DNA of 64,000 nt from Octopus sinensis (GCF_006345805.1 NC_043004.1:3224001-3288000); one strand, 5' to 3'. Shown: positions 39,956 through 52,367, numbered from the stretch's first letter. Translations and numbers: made by a program. Notes: a model not told the origin generated them from the sequence alone.

Positions 39956-40250
39956 AGTGTGTATATATATATGTGTGTGTGTAATTATAAGATTTTGCTA
40001 TGCGTAATACTTTTCAGAATAAACACAAAAAGTGTAAGAGATCCACAAAGGATGGATGTAGGTGTCTTAAAAAAAGGAAAGTTCTATCTCTTTCTGTCAA
40101 GAGATCCGGATGAACTTACCTCGTGTCAGGAAACGCAGATGAGGACAGCAACATCAAATTCCCTTACTCCCCAAATGCCACACAACAAAGGAGGTTGTAA
40201 AAGAGTAACAAGGTTAACACGGCGGTGCCCCAACATGCATGTGTTATATA

Positions 40251-40335
<85 letters not shown>

Positions 40336-40457
40336 ATATATATATATTATATAGATATATATATATATATATATATATATAGTATATATAATATATATAT
40401 TATATATATATATATATATTATATATATATATATATATTATATATATATATATATAT

Positions 40458-40792
40458 GCGCATGGCTCAGTGGTTAGAGCGTCGAGCTTACGATCGTGAG
40501 GTTGTGAGTTCGAATCCCGGACCGGCTGCGTGTTGGTGTCTTGAGCAAAGCACTTATTTCACGTTGCGTTGCTCCAGCTCACTCAGCTGTAGAAATGAGT
40601 TGCGACGTCACTGGTGCCGAGCTGTATCGACCTTTGTCTTTCCCTTGGATAACACTGGTGGCGTGGAGAGGGGAGGCCGGTATGCATGGGCGACTGCTGG
40701 TCTTCCATAAAAACAACCTTGCCCAGACTTGTGCCTCAGAGGGTAACTCTCTAGGTGCAAACGCATGGTCACACATGACCGAAGGGGGTCTT
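40458..40792 (+). mobile_element. tRNA-derived SINE (family E, V/CORE-like), full length, in (TA)n
   Basis: TGGCTCAGTGGTTAGAGC A-box, GAGTTCGAATCCC B-box, GTGTCTTGAGCAAAGCACTT and CACTCAGCTGTAGAAATGAGT central motifs. Confidence 0.9.
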
Positions 40793-40794
40793 AT

Positions 40795-40825
<31 letters not shown>

Positions 40826-41865
40826 ATAGATGAGTCTATTTTTCCCTTTTTAACAATTAACAAGTAAGAGATTAAAGATATATATGAAGCTGTTTCATTC
40901 GCAAGAGTTCAGCTAATACCATGTCTTGTTAAAGGCAGAGCTGTCATTCAGAAACAGCTGTAGAGTCGCTTTCTGGGAATCACAGGGAAATCTCCAGGGG
41001 TTTTCCTAAATTCTAAATATTTGATTCTCAATAATTTTGCACAAATGTTTCGAAATTATTGAAGAACATAAATGATATTAGTACCATGCATTTTATCGGG
41101 GAACATGTGAAGGAGGAATCGTGGATTGAAAGAGAGAAAGATATTGTGAGAGAGAAAGAGAGAGAGAGAGAAAGAAAGTAAAGAGAATCGATATTGAATC
41201 AAAAATTCCTCAGAAATGGAAAACAATCGTTTCGTGTGTTTCACCAAATAATTTCTCTTTAATATAGACATCGAACTTCGAGATAAATGGATTCCTTCCA
41301 GTTCTACAGAATTTGCTGATAATATTATAGTAGATTATTCGAAGTATTTTAAGGTATTTCTTGCATAGAAACTGCCAATGTCACATGAGATGAGAATCTG
41401 TAGAACGTTACTACACTGAGAGGTCGATAATTTATATAATTTAGAGCCCCTCTAATAATGTCCAGTTCATTTAATAAAAATTCTCATTAAGATATGCAAA
41501 AGTTGATTAACAATCACGAATCTGATGAGTTGTAAGTTATCAGGTCATAGAAGAATCGCTCATTATTTCGCTTTCAATTACTGCATCTAAGGTAAGAAAG
41601 TCTAGTCGAAGTTATTCCGCTTGACATTCTACGTAGGTCAGTTTTTGAACACGGATTTGCAAGCTAACAAACACTCAGCAAGCTTCCAATGCTCTACAAA
41701 AAGCAAAGAGATTTAAAACAGCAATGATATTAAAAGAGTGAGAGAGCTAACTGAAGTAACTTTGATTATTATTTTTCAAGTGCAAGCTAATTTAGTTTGC
41801 AGCATTTTATCTTGAGGTTTGGCAGCAATAAACCTCTCAAATCTGCGGTTAGAATTGAGATTATA

Positions 41866-42842
41866 CAGGGAGAACCAAAATGATCTGACACATTTGGAGG
41901 CTTTATAAAAGCACAAAATAATGAAATGATGAAAAGAAAAATTTTATTTTCTGAATGTATATATAATGCCATTTTATTTACTCTCTTTTTACTCTTTTAC
42001 TTGTTTCAGTCATTTTGACTGCGGCCATGCTGGAGCACCGCCTTTTAGTCGAGCAACTCGACCCCGGGACTCATTCTTTTTGTAAGCCCAGTACTTATTC
42101 TATCGGTCTCTTTTTGCCGAACCGCTAAGTGACGGGGACGTAAACACACCAGCATCGGCTGTCAAGCAATGCTAGGGGAACAAACACAGACACACAAACA
42201 CACACACATACATATATATATGTACATATATACGACAGGCTTCTTTCAGTTTCCGTCTACCAAATCCACTCACAAGGCATTGGTCGGCCCGGGGCTATAG
42301 CAGAAGACACTTGCCCAAGATGCCACGCAGTGGGACTGAACCCGCAACCATGTGGTTGGTTAGCAAGCTACTTACCACACAGCCACTCCTGCGCCTATTT
42401 CATTAACTTTTTTAAATTAAATCAGCTAAATATTTCCATTATTGTCAACACACTGTTGGAGACGTTCATGAAAGTTATCGATAACTCTATGGATCATTTC
42501 TTCTGGAATAGTTGCTATTTCTACACATATTGCACGTTTTAAGTAATCAGTAGATCGAGGGCGATGACTGAATACTTTTGATTTTAAATATCCCCACAAG
42601 AAGAAATCACATTTCACCATTCCAGAAGAAATGATCCATAGAGTTATCGATAACTTTCATGAACGTCTCCAACAGTGTGTTGGCAATGACGGGAAGCATT
42701 TAGCTGATTTAAGTTTTAAAACTTAATGAAATAAAATGGCATTATATGTACATTCAGAAAATGAAATTTTTCTTTTCCTTATTCCTTTATTCTGTGCTTT
42801 TATTAAGCCTCCAAATGTGTCAGATCATTTTGGTCCTCCCTA
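41866..42842. mobile_element. Tc1/mariner (DD37D-like) foldback element made of two 3' ends
   Basis: TIRs CAGGGAGAACCAAAATGATCTGACAC / GTGTCAGATCATTTTGGTCCTCCCT. Arms are inverted copies of the transposase C-terminus (CDFFLWGYLKSKVF..I..EIATIPEEMIHRVIDNFHERLQQCV..G.H). Confidence 0.9.
41980..42395 (-). mobile_element. CORE-type tRNA SINE (family B), full length, nested
   Basis: GGCGCAGGAGTGGCTGTGTGGTAAG head, GGTTCAGTCCC B-box, CTTGGGCAAGT CORE motif, (AAAGAGT) tail, TATTT TSD. Confidence 0.92.
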
Positions 42843-43534
42843 TACTTTGACAAATTTTACAAAACATTTGACAAGAGCTAGCGACAAGAAATTTAAAGTA
42901 AGAATAGTTTAATGATGTCGGCAGTCCCTATTTATTTCTGTTACCCTACAGCTGGCTTTTAGTTGTTTAATTGGTTATCGATCTTTGAAATGCGACACCA
43001 GTTCAACAAAACTAGCTGCTCTTCTATTCCTAGCCATATGTCGCTTTTATCTCTAATTAATTGCTGGGGCGGCGAAATATAGACTACTTTATTGACTGAT
43101 TTTCACAGAAGTAACCTACATGTTTGTTTATCTCATGTGGTGATATTTTGAAAAATACGCAGCGCATTTATTGCCCTTTTTTTGTCCCGTTCTACCGATT
43201 TCAAATAATCTGGTAAAAAAAAAAAAACTCAAGACAGTCGAAGAGATCTTCTGATAACACCTCTCTCCCAGGCACGTGCTTTTGCCCTTAACTTTTTACA
43301 CTCTAATGTGACTTTGCTCCATAGAGGTCATGACACCTGGGTGCCCTTCTGCTGAAACTTTGTAACCACTTGAGTATCAGAGATTTGTGCATTTAAACCT
43401 CTTGCAGATTTCATCAAGTCGAAAATCCTCTCCGTTGACTCAGCTTTGAAGCTTATACTTAAAGGGAGGGTAATGGTAGCGGTGAAACGTCAACGCTGTC
43501 ACAATGACTCATACACTGTTATTTCCCATAGCAT

Positions 43535-43845
43535 TTTGGCACAAGGTCAGCAATTTTGAGGAGGTGGGAAAACAAGTCGATTATAACGAGCCTAGTGTTC
43601 AACTGGTACTTATTTTACATTATTTACATTTGACGGATATTTGTCCTCATCTTGTTTGCTTTTAACACAACGTTTCGGCTGATACACCCTCCAGCCTTCA
43701 TCAGGTGTCTTGGGGAAATTTCGAACCTGGGTTCTCAAGGGAGGATGAAAGGAGAGTGGACCTCGGCGGCATTTGAACTCAAAACGTAAAGACGGACGTA
43801 ATGCCGCTGTGTGTACAAACGACTCTGCCAGCTCGCTGTCTTAAC
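43535..43845 (-). mobile_element. Old SINE family A copy interrupted by a Penelope-like fragment (43617-43737)
   Basis: SINE core split at CTGGTACTTATTT | GGATGAAAGG. Confidence 0.8.
43664..43709 (-). ncRNA. Minimal type I hammerhead ribozyme, intact core
   Basis: GACAC-CUGAUGA-A-GGCUG(gaggguguau)CAGCC-GAAA-CGUU|GUGUU; palindromic AACGUU stem III. Confidence 0.85.
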
Positions 43846-44369
43846 TGACACAAATATTACCTTCAAACGATATAGGGGTCATTTTTCATCCCCCACCCCG
43901 ACCAGATCCGACTGGAAAACCTCTCCACTGTCTCTGATATCGCCTTTAGGGCCTTGTTTCTGTTCTCTTCCCAGAGTCTGAAAGTTGTTTCCTCAAACCA
44001 TAAGCAAATTTACCCACAAAACCTCTGCTTTCAACTTCATGCCAGACTAACAACGTGCTTTTCGTAATTTTGGCATGTTTTAGGAAAGGTTTGACACTAA
44101 ATGACAAGAAAAAATAATTTGGCTTAGTAAGTTATTCGTCCTTTTAATTACAACAATTTTGTTAAACAAGATTTGAATATCAGTTTATTGGTTCTAGTGA
44201 AAAACTGATTTCAGTTAAATAAAATATAATGTTTATCGCTTTATAACTCTTAGAAAGAAATATAAAATAAAATTAAATCTTTTTATAAACGTTTCTTGTA
44301 TTGTTTTAAAAACTTTCTTGTCCTCTGTTTATTTCTGCTTCATTCCGGTAATATTTTGTTTAATTATTT

Positions 44370-44700
44370 TCTATTCTAGGCACAAGGCCCGAAATTTTTG
44401 AGGAGTGGGCCAGTCGGTTAGATCGACCCCAGTTCGCAACTGGTACTTAATTTATCAACGATGAAAGGCAAAGTCGGCCTCGGCGGAATTTGAACTCAGA
44501 ACGTAACGACAGACGAAATACCTATTTCTTTACTACCCACAAGGGGCTACACACAGAGGAGACAAACAAGGACAGACAGACGGATTAAGTCGCTTATATA
44601 GACCCCAGTGCGTAACTGGTATCTAATTTATCGACCTCGAAAGGATGAAAGGTAAAGTCGACCTCGGCGGAATTTGAACTCAGAACGTAAAAACAAACGA
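44370..44700 (-). mobile_element. SINE family A dimer
   Basis: Two core units, junction at 44515. Confidence 0.9.
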
Positions 44701-45356
44701 GGGGGAACAAAAAATGACCCCTTTACCGTTTGAAGGAAACATTTGTGTGTTAATATTAGTGTCTTTGTCAATGAATTGCTGTATCTTTCGTGTCTTCGTG
44801 TCCGTTCAACGTCGAACTTATTCTCCTACAAGTTTGGGGTTTGGTCTCACTGCTAGAAATCAATTACCAACATATACTGTTGTTAATATATTAAGTACCA
44901 GTCTTCTCCTGGGGGTGATCTTATACATTACCGTTCAAACTTACACGATTTGGGGTTTGTACCAAAGTAAGAAATCGTTATTACTTTTTCTTCAAAAACG
45001 TTACTTAGGAAGGAAAAAAGGTGCGTGTGGTATTAATGTGTGTTAATCGGATTTCATCACGTATGTGCTGAGTTCGAACTTTACCATAGGGCCTTCAAAA
45101 CACTTCACATTTCACTGTGAATAAACAATTTCCCAATAATAAACTGTTATACATTCAATTAGCAAAACTTTTTCACTTCCATACTTTTGATTTTGCGCCT
45201 TTATAAGAAGTCATCCGAATTTTCTGCATACATACATATACATAAATATATATATATAGTAAATCCAGAAAGAGAAGAACAAGCACACAAAAAAACAACG
45301 CGAAAACGTGGTACATGTAAAGCGTTAGCAGACGCTCAGGGAAGGGAAGAAAGGCG

Positions 45357-45391
45357 GTTTAACGTTTCAAGCAACGCTCTTCTTCAGAAAC
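45357..45391 (-). ncRNA. Minimal type I hammerhead ribozyme, intact core
   Basis: GUUU-CUGAAGA-A-GAGC(guu)GCUU-GAAA-CGUU|AAAC. Confidence 0.85.
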
Positions 45392-45444
45392 AGAAGAAAG
45401 TCCAATAGAAAAGGAAAACGAAGAAGAAAATCCCCCCTACACTC

Positions 45445-45477
45445 ATATATATATATATTATATATATGTATATATAT

Positions 45478-45537
<60 letters not shown>

Positions 45538-45575
45538 TATATATATATATCCCTATATACACATATATAATATAC

Positions 45576-45633
<58 letters not shown>

Positions 45634-45906
45634 GTATAATATATATGTGTATATATATATGTATATATATATGTATATATATATATGTATATATATATGT
45701 ATATATATATGATATATATATATGTATATATATATGTATATATATATATGTATATATATATGTATATATAATATATGTATATATATATATATATATAGTA
45801 TATGTAATTATATGTATATATACTATATATGTATATATATGTATTATATATAGATATATGTATATGTATATGTATATGTATAATGTATATATATATATAA
45901 TATATG

Positions 45907-45939
<33 letters not shown>

Positions 45940-46242
45940 GTATATATGTATATATATATATGTATATATATATATAATGTATATATATATTGTATATATA
46001 TATATATGTATATGTATATATATATATGTATATGTATATATATGTATATATATATATGTATATGTTATATGTATATATATATATATATATATGTATTATG
46101 TATATAATATATATATATATATAATTTATATGTATATGTATATATATATATCTAATATGTATATGTATATATATTTATATATATATATAGATATATAATA
46201 TGTATATATATGTATATATATATATATATATGTATATATATG

Positions 46243-46275
<33 letters not shown>

Positions 46276-46343
46276 GATATATATATATATATGTATATAT
46301 ATGTGATATATATTATATATTATATATATGTATATATGTATAT

Positions 46344-46374
<31 letters not shown>

Positions 46375-46647
46375 GTATATATGTATATATGTATATGTAT
46401 ATATATATATGTATATATATATATATCTGTATATGTATATAATATATATGTATATATATATATAATGTATAATATATATATATATAGGTATATATTGTAT
46501 TATATATATGTATATATATATATGTATACTATATATAATCATATATAATATATATGATAATACGTATATATATAATGTATATATATATTATATATAATAT
46601 GTATCTATATATGTATATATATATAATATAATATATGTATATATATA

Positions 46648-46745
<98 letters not shown>

Positions 46746-46755
46746 ACATATATAG
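45445..46755. repeat. ~1.3 kb degenerate (TA)n/(TATATG)n array
   Basis: Directly visible; a hammerhead module sits on each side. Confidence 0.95.
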
Positions 46756-46945
46756 TTATGGTATATTCTGTTACAAATAGAGTACAGTATAAAGCTTCGT
46801 CCACCTTCAGATTTCTCCCTCTGCTATCCAGTTGTAGTATTATACGTACTTCCAGGTTTGCGTTTGGGCATCTATCTTGTGTGAATAGATAATTGAAAAA
46901 ACTGGAATCAACAAGAAGGGGTCCGGTTGGACATTCATTTTTTAA

Positions 46946-47049
46946 TCACTACAATTGTTTCCATGCAACGTAGTTCTCCACGCGTGCAGGTACTTGATTA
47001 TGCAACTGCTTCCCTGAATTATGAGATCTAGTTGCGTTTCCTCAGGTCA
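46946..47049 (-). ncRNA. Type I hammerhead ribozyme with long stem II
   Basis: UGAC-CUGAGGA-AACGCAACUAG...CUACGUUGCAUG-GAAA-C(AAUU)GUA|GUGA. Palindromic ACAAUUGU stem III; stem I is weak. Confidence 0.7.
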
Positions 47050-47496
47050 TATGTAAATACTGTGTGTATATGTGTGTATGTATCTGTGAGTGTGTGTTTA
47101 TGTGTGTGCGCGCGCGCGTGTGTGTGTGTGTGTGTGTGTGTGTCGTATGAATCTTTGTACCAAGTTGTGTAGGAATGTTGGAACCCTTACAGCAGCCAAA
47201 GTGAAAGAATCATTATTACTGTTAGCGCTTGTAGGAATGTGTACAGCAGATTCTTTGAAATGTTGGACAAAATATCTAGCAACATTTAGATTTCAAGTTA
47301 TAGCATACCTCTATATTGTGAATATAAACCTAGCTTACGTTTCTCCAAATAATTTCCGTCACGATAAAAGAAGGGAGAAAAGTACTGAGGTCTAAATTCT
47401 CGAATATAAACTTCCTCAAATTGCGTTTTGTCTTAACCAAGCAAGTTTCTAAAGCCTCAGTACATTATTCCCCTTTTACGTGTGTGCTCGATTTCC

Positions 47497-48305
47497 ATCC
47501 TCTCTGCCAACTACGAGTTATCTCGTAGTTGGCAATCTATACATTTTTACCAGGTACGAGCATGCTCGTAGAAGTCAATTTTATTGTAGCATGCTTAAAA
47601 TGAACTGGCGTCTGGAACTAACATTGTGAGTGTGTTGTGGAAACACTAAAGACACTTTTTATTTGCCCAATGATACGAGTTAAATCGTATCATGGCACCT
47701 GCCAGGAAATATATTTGATAAAACATCTATATATATCAGGTATAAGTATTAGATGTCAATGCAGTTGGTGCCAGGGAACTACGTTGTCTCTTACGACCTC
47801 GAGCAACTAATTGTTCATCTTTGTCAGTAGAACTGATGTCACTGGTATTTACTTCCACTGGCATTTGCTACATAATTTTTATCCAAAACATCTGAGGATT
47901 CACTCTCTGACTCCAAGATATCATCTTCCGGTGGTTCATTTTCCATGAGTACATGAAGCATTCCATCAATGTCTTCATTGGAAAAGCTTTTGGGTATGTT
48001 ATATATTACAAATCAAAATTTATAAAAGTTCTTTATAAATCTGAAAAAAAATAAAGAAAACATTATACAATGAAGAGACAAAGTCAAATAATGAATAACA
48101 TCCGCTCAAAGCCTTCCTAGCAAACCAATCTGAGCATTTTTTCATTGCTATGAGATAACGCGTATCACGTCGTTGTAGTGTAATTACATGTATTATGTAC
48201 CTGTATACCACCACACAAAATATTTCAGATTTCTGATTTGAGAAAGTTAAAACCCTTTTGGCAAATAGAAGCAGATCATATCGAAATCCTGTGGCAGGCA
48301 ACGTG
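47497..48305 (-). mobile_element. piggyBac-like non-autonomous remnant
   Basis: TTAA|CACGTTGCCTGCC terminus at 48305; acidic N-terminal-like EDDILESESESSD; ACGAG..CTCGT palindromes at 47505-47534 and 47556-47571. Confidence 0.55.
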
Positions 48306-49037
48306 TTAATATAAAGTCAGCATATTTTTTTCTGATACCTTCCCTGATACCTTCTGATACCTTCCCTATATGAATTTCTACCAAAGCTAACTTCATAATC
48401 CAACGCTGTTGCATCTCCCAAAGTATTTAACGGTCGTCCACTGAAAACTATGGAAGTGACGATTATTCTCGGCTACAAAATTGTCGTCTCGCACCTTCGA
48501 AAAACAATTGCAATTTGTCTTTTATCATCCACAGTTAATAATATTTAGACAGCGTTTACTATTAATAAAATCCAAACCCATAACAAATTTTTGATTCCTG
48601 GGCTCCAGTCCATGGTTAACGCCTATTTTATTAATAAATCCCGGAAGGGCGGAGAACAGAGTCGAAAACAATGCGATTTGGTTTAAAGTTTGTCATCCGA
48701 TCCCTTCCAATATTATTTAACATATATAGAATTCTGTTATTTCACCGTCTTACGCAGTGCTCTACCCACTCGCCTTCACCAGAGTTTTCTAAGTCAACCA
48801 GTTTGCATCGCCTTCCGTTTGTGTTTCCATTCACACATAACAGAGGAACGTTCGTTACTCCTACACGGGATATCCGGTCAGTTTAGGACGCTCTTCCCAC
48901 ACACTTACTGGTGGAGATGCAATGACGTGAGAATTTTTCTCATGTATTTCTGTATTTTGAACGTCTTTTGGCTTACTCGACACTCAACAATGTCATACTT
49001 ATTTTCGCCATAGTGTATATATATGTATATATATATA

Positions 49038-49098
<61 letters not shown>

Positions 49099-49544
49099 GA
49101 GTGTGTGTGTGTATGTGTGTGAGAGAGAGTGTGTGTGTGTATACAGATATATTTATATATATATATGAAATTAAATGTCATGGTGAATACATATGTGTGA
49201 ACATTCATAAATATATATATACATACACATACGCACACAAACACACACACACTCACACATGTATATATACACACATATAGAGATGATGATTCAGATAAAC
49301 ATGATAGCTTGTCATATATATATATAACATCATATATTCATCAAGATAAACTGTAACACACACACATAAATATACTATATATATGCATATATATATATAG
49401 TAAGCGTTTTCTATGCTGAGCCTATGTAGCTCTCACCTCCCGTCTGTAAAGAGCTGGAAATAATATCGCGAAGCGGTTCTGTCAAGTATGCTGACGATTC
49501 TGTCAGCGCACCGACTTTGTATTTGTATTAACAGTCAGTAATAA

Positions 49545-50298
49545 TGGCTTCAAATTTTGGCACAAGGCCACCAATTTCGGTAGAGAGGTGAAGTCGATTA
49601 CATCGACCCCAGTGTTCAACTGATAATCATTTGATTAAAAACTCGAAAGGGATGAAAGCCAAAGTCGACCTTGGCGGAATTTGAACCCAGAAACAATGCT
49701 ACGAAGCATTTTGCCCGACGTGCTAACCATCTCGCCAGCTCGCCAAAGACATTAACAGACTTGAATAAAGGGGCCAGGAAGAGGAAGTCGATTGCATCGA
49801 CCCCAGTACTTCACTGGTACTTAGTCTATCAACCCCGAAAGAAAAAAGTCAAGTCGACGTCGGTGGAATTTGAACTCAGAACGCAATGCAGCCAAGTATT
49901 TTGCCCGGTGGGTTAACGATTCTACTAGCTCGATGCCTTCATTCGCAGTCATTAAAATGACTATTCTTTATAGTTGTATTTCGGGACGGTCACTTTCCCT
50001 GCCAAATGAACACACGCACTATATATTCGTTCTTCATTAATTAATTCTTCATTAATTAATCCTTAATTTAATTACTTTTTCTATAATAATAATTTCTTTT
50101 GATTTAGATCCAAACCTTGGAAAGTTTTTGTGATTGATGGTTAATCATTACCATCGACCCTAGGAATTAATCCTAGTACTTTACTGTAACCGACCCTCGG
50201 AGGGATGAGAGCCAAAGGTAACTTCGCGAAAATAGTCAAAACTAAAGCATCAAAACATTTTTACTGACGTTCTAATGATTCTGCCAGCTCACCATCAT

Positions 50299-50340
<42 letters not shown>

Positions 50341-50341
50341 C

Positions 50342-50386
<45 letters not shown>

Positions 50387-50735
50387 TTCTAACAAAGGCA
50401 GCAGTCAGAAATGTGGGTGAGGGTTTTAGTTGATTAGTAGATTAGGTGACCCCAGTACATGACTGGTATTTTATTTCTGTCGACACCGAAAGGAGAAAAG
50501 GCAGATTTGATCTCGACTGGATCTGAACACAATAGAAAGCACTGGAATAAATGGAGCAACACATGTTTTCGAAGCTCTATTCTATATGTGGAGTATACCT
50601 GTAATTTCGAAGGAAGTAGTTAATCGGTTGAATCTACCCCCAGTACTTAACTAGTCCTTTATTTTACCGACTCCAAATGGATGAAAAACTAGGCCAGCTT
50701 TGCTTTCAATCCATTCGTGGATCGATAATCGAAAG
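49545..50735 (-). mobile_element. Cluster of decayed SINE family A copies
   Basis: At least five degenerate cores; a small inverted piece near 50690-50730. Confidence 0.7.
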
Positions 50736-51171
50736 GACCTTATTATAAACACCGTTTCGGGAGCGTACGTAAATTTAGCAAGTATTTCAACTCGGGGTTT
50801 GGTGACAAGTCCTCTCGAACCTCAAGAATCTTTTCTTACGATCCTGCAGAATAAAGGATGGAACTTTTTCTGAAGGTCGACAATGCAAGTTTCAATTCCA
50901 ATTTCTTTCAGTCTTTTAGGTAGAATTTTGAGTGATGAGTATGTCTGTATGATTTTTTTTTTTTATTGGCTGTATGGTTTCTTTTTCTGAATATATATGA
51001 AAATAATGAGTCATTGTGTTTTTTATTCATCTCTATCACATCAGGTTGTCAAGTTATACGGAGATGTTACTTGTCTCTTTTTCTATAAGTAAATAATAAA
51101 TTAAAATGCTTACCTTATGTTGACTTAAATGTTAAATCTGATATATTTTTCTTTATTTTCAGTTTGTGAAT

Positions 51172-51868
51172 ATGTCTAGAGGCTGCATCAATTCACCAGA
51201 TACATTCTGCTATGTCTGTGGGCAATTTACCCTTTCAGATTCCCAGAGTAATATTACTCCTTTGCTGATGCCCTGCTATTTAGAGACCAGGACAAACCAT
51301 TTGCGCCTCACAAAACTTGCAAGAATTGTACCAGTAAGCTTCAAATGTGGTCAGTTGGAAACCTTAAATGTATGTCCTTTGGAGTACCAGTGGTATGGCG
51401 GGAGAAGATGAACCACTATGATGACTGCTACTTTGGATTCAACAAGAAGACTAAAGATCGCATAATATACCTAAATATTCCTTCAGCAATAAGGCCTGTT
51501 TCACACTCAGATGATATTCCTGCACCTGTGCCAGCCGAGATACGGGAAATTTCACCAGATTCTCAAACTGGTGGTAAAATGAGATGGAAATACATTATGA
51601 GCCACCAACAAATGATGATCCCAAATTCTTCAACCAAGTTGAGCTCAATGGCTTGGTTACAGACCTTAACCTTCCAAAAAAAGTGCACAATTACTTGGCT
51701 CTAGACTGCATGAACACAGGCTTCTAGCTTCTGGAACAACATTCGCTTGGTACCATCATCATGAAGCGGAATTCACTGAGTTCTTTGGGAAAGAGGATTA
51801 TTTAGTTTTCTGTTCAAATATTTCTGGCCTTGTCGAACACGTGGGGATGTCGTACAAAGAATATGAAA
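51172..51868 (+). pseudogene. Decayed Chapaev3-like (CMC) transposase N-terminal half
   Basis: MSRGCINSPDTFCYVCGQFT..FGVPVVWRE..NHYDDCYF..IPSAIRPVSH..FNQVELNGLVTDLNLPK..LLGSRL. Frameshifted. A TTTTCAG acceptor lies just 5' of the ATG. Superfamily name is from memory. Confidence 0.75.
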
Positions 51869-51929
51869 CATCACATCCACGAATAGAAATAAATTTTTTA
51901 AAATCCCAAATGCAGACCAGTGTTATTAA

Positions 51930-52262
51930 AATTTATTATCATTTTGGTTTGTCTCAGGTTCGGTCTTATTCCTGGTAAGGATTGTAAGGATAGCGGGTTA
52001 CTACCTGGAACCTTTGGTATCCACAAGCTTTCAGCAGTTTTTCAAGTGCTTAGAACCCTCCTGATAATCATCACTAAAAGACAAACTCTCATTGGGAGCT
52101 CTACCGGCCATTTTATTCCAATCTCCTTCAGCCATTTGTCTATATCTTGGCTTACTCTTCCCAGCGCACCAATTATTATAGGCACCACCTTTACTATTCG
52201 CAGACTCCAAAGTCTTCTTATTGCTCCCTCCCAATTCTTCCTATTTGCTTCTATTTTTCTCG
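51930..52262 (-). mobile_element. R4/Dong-like non-LTR retrotransposon 3' end (second family)
   Basis: EKIE...IRRLWSLRIVKVVPIIIGALG..DKWLKEIGI..CLL..IIRRVL* followed by a short UTR ending GATAATAAA. Confidence 0.8.
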
Positions 52263-52367
52263 TTTTCTGGGGTTTTTTTTATCATTTCATTATATGTAAA
52301 CTCCCGCACTTTATGTCTGCCTTTGTATTATCCCCTTCATCCTTCGCCTTTGTGGCAAATAAATGAA

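Noticed and set aside
40080-40140. Hammerhead-like CUGAC..GA / GAAA on the minus strand
   Set aside because: Needs a 2-nt core insertion and a poor stem II; not supportable.
40458-40530. tRNA gene
   Set aside because: Good A/B boxes, but no acceptor-stem closure or terminator; continues into a SINE body.
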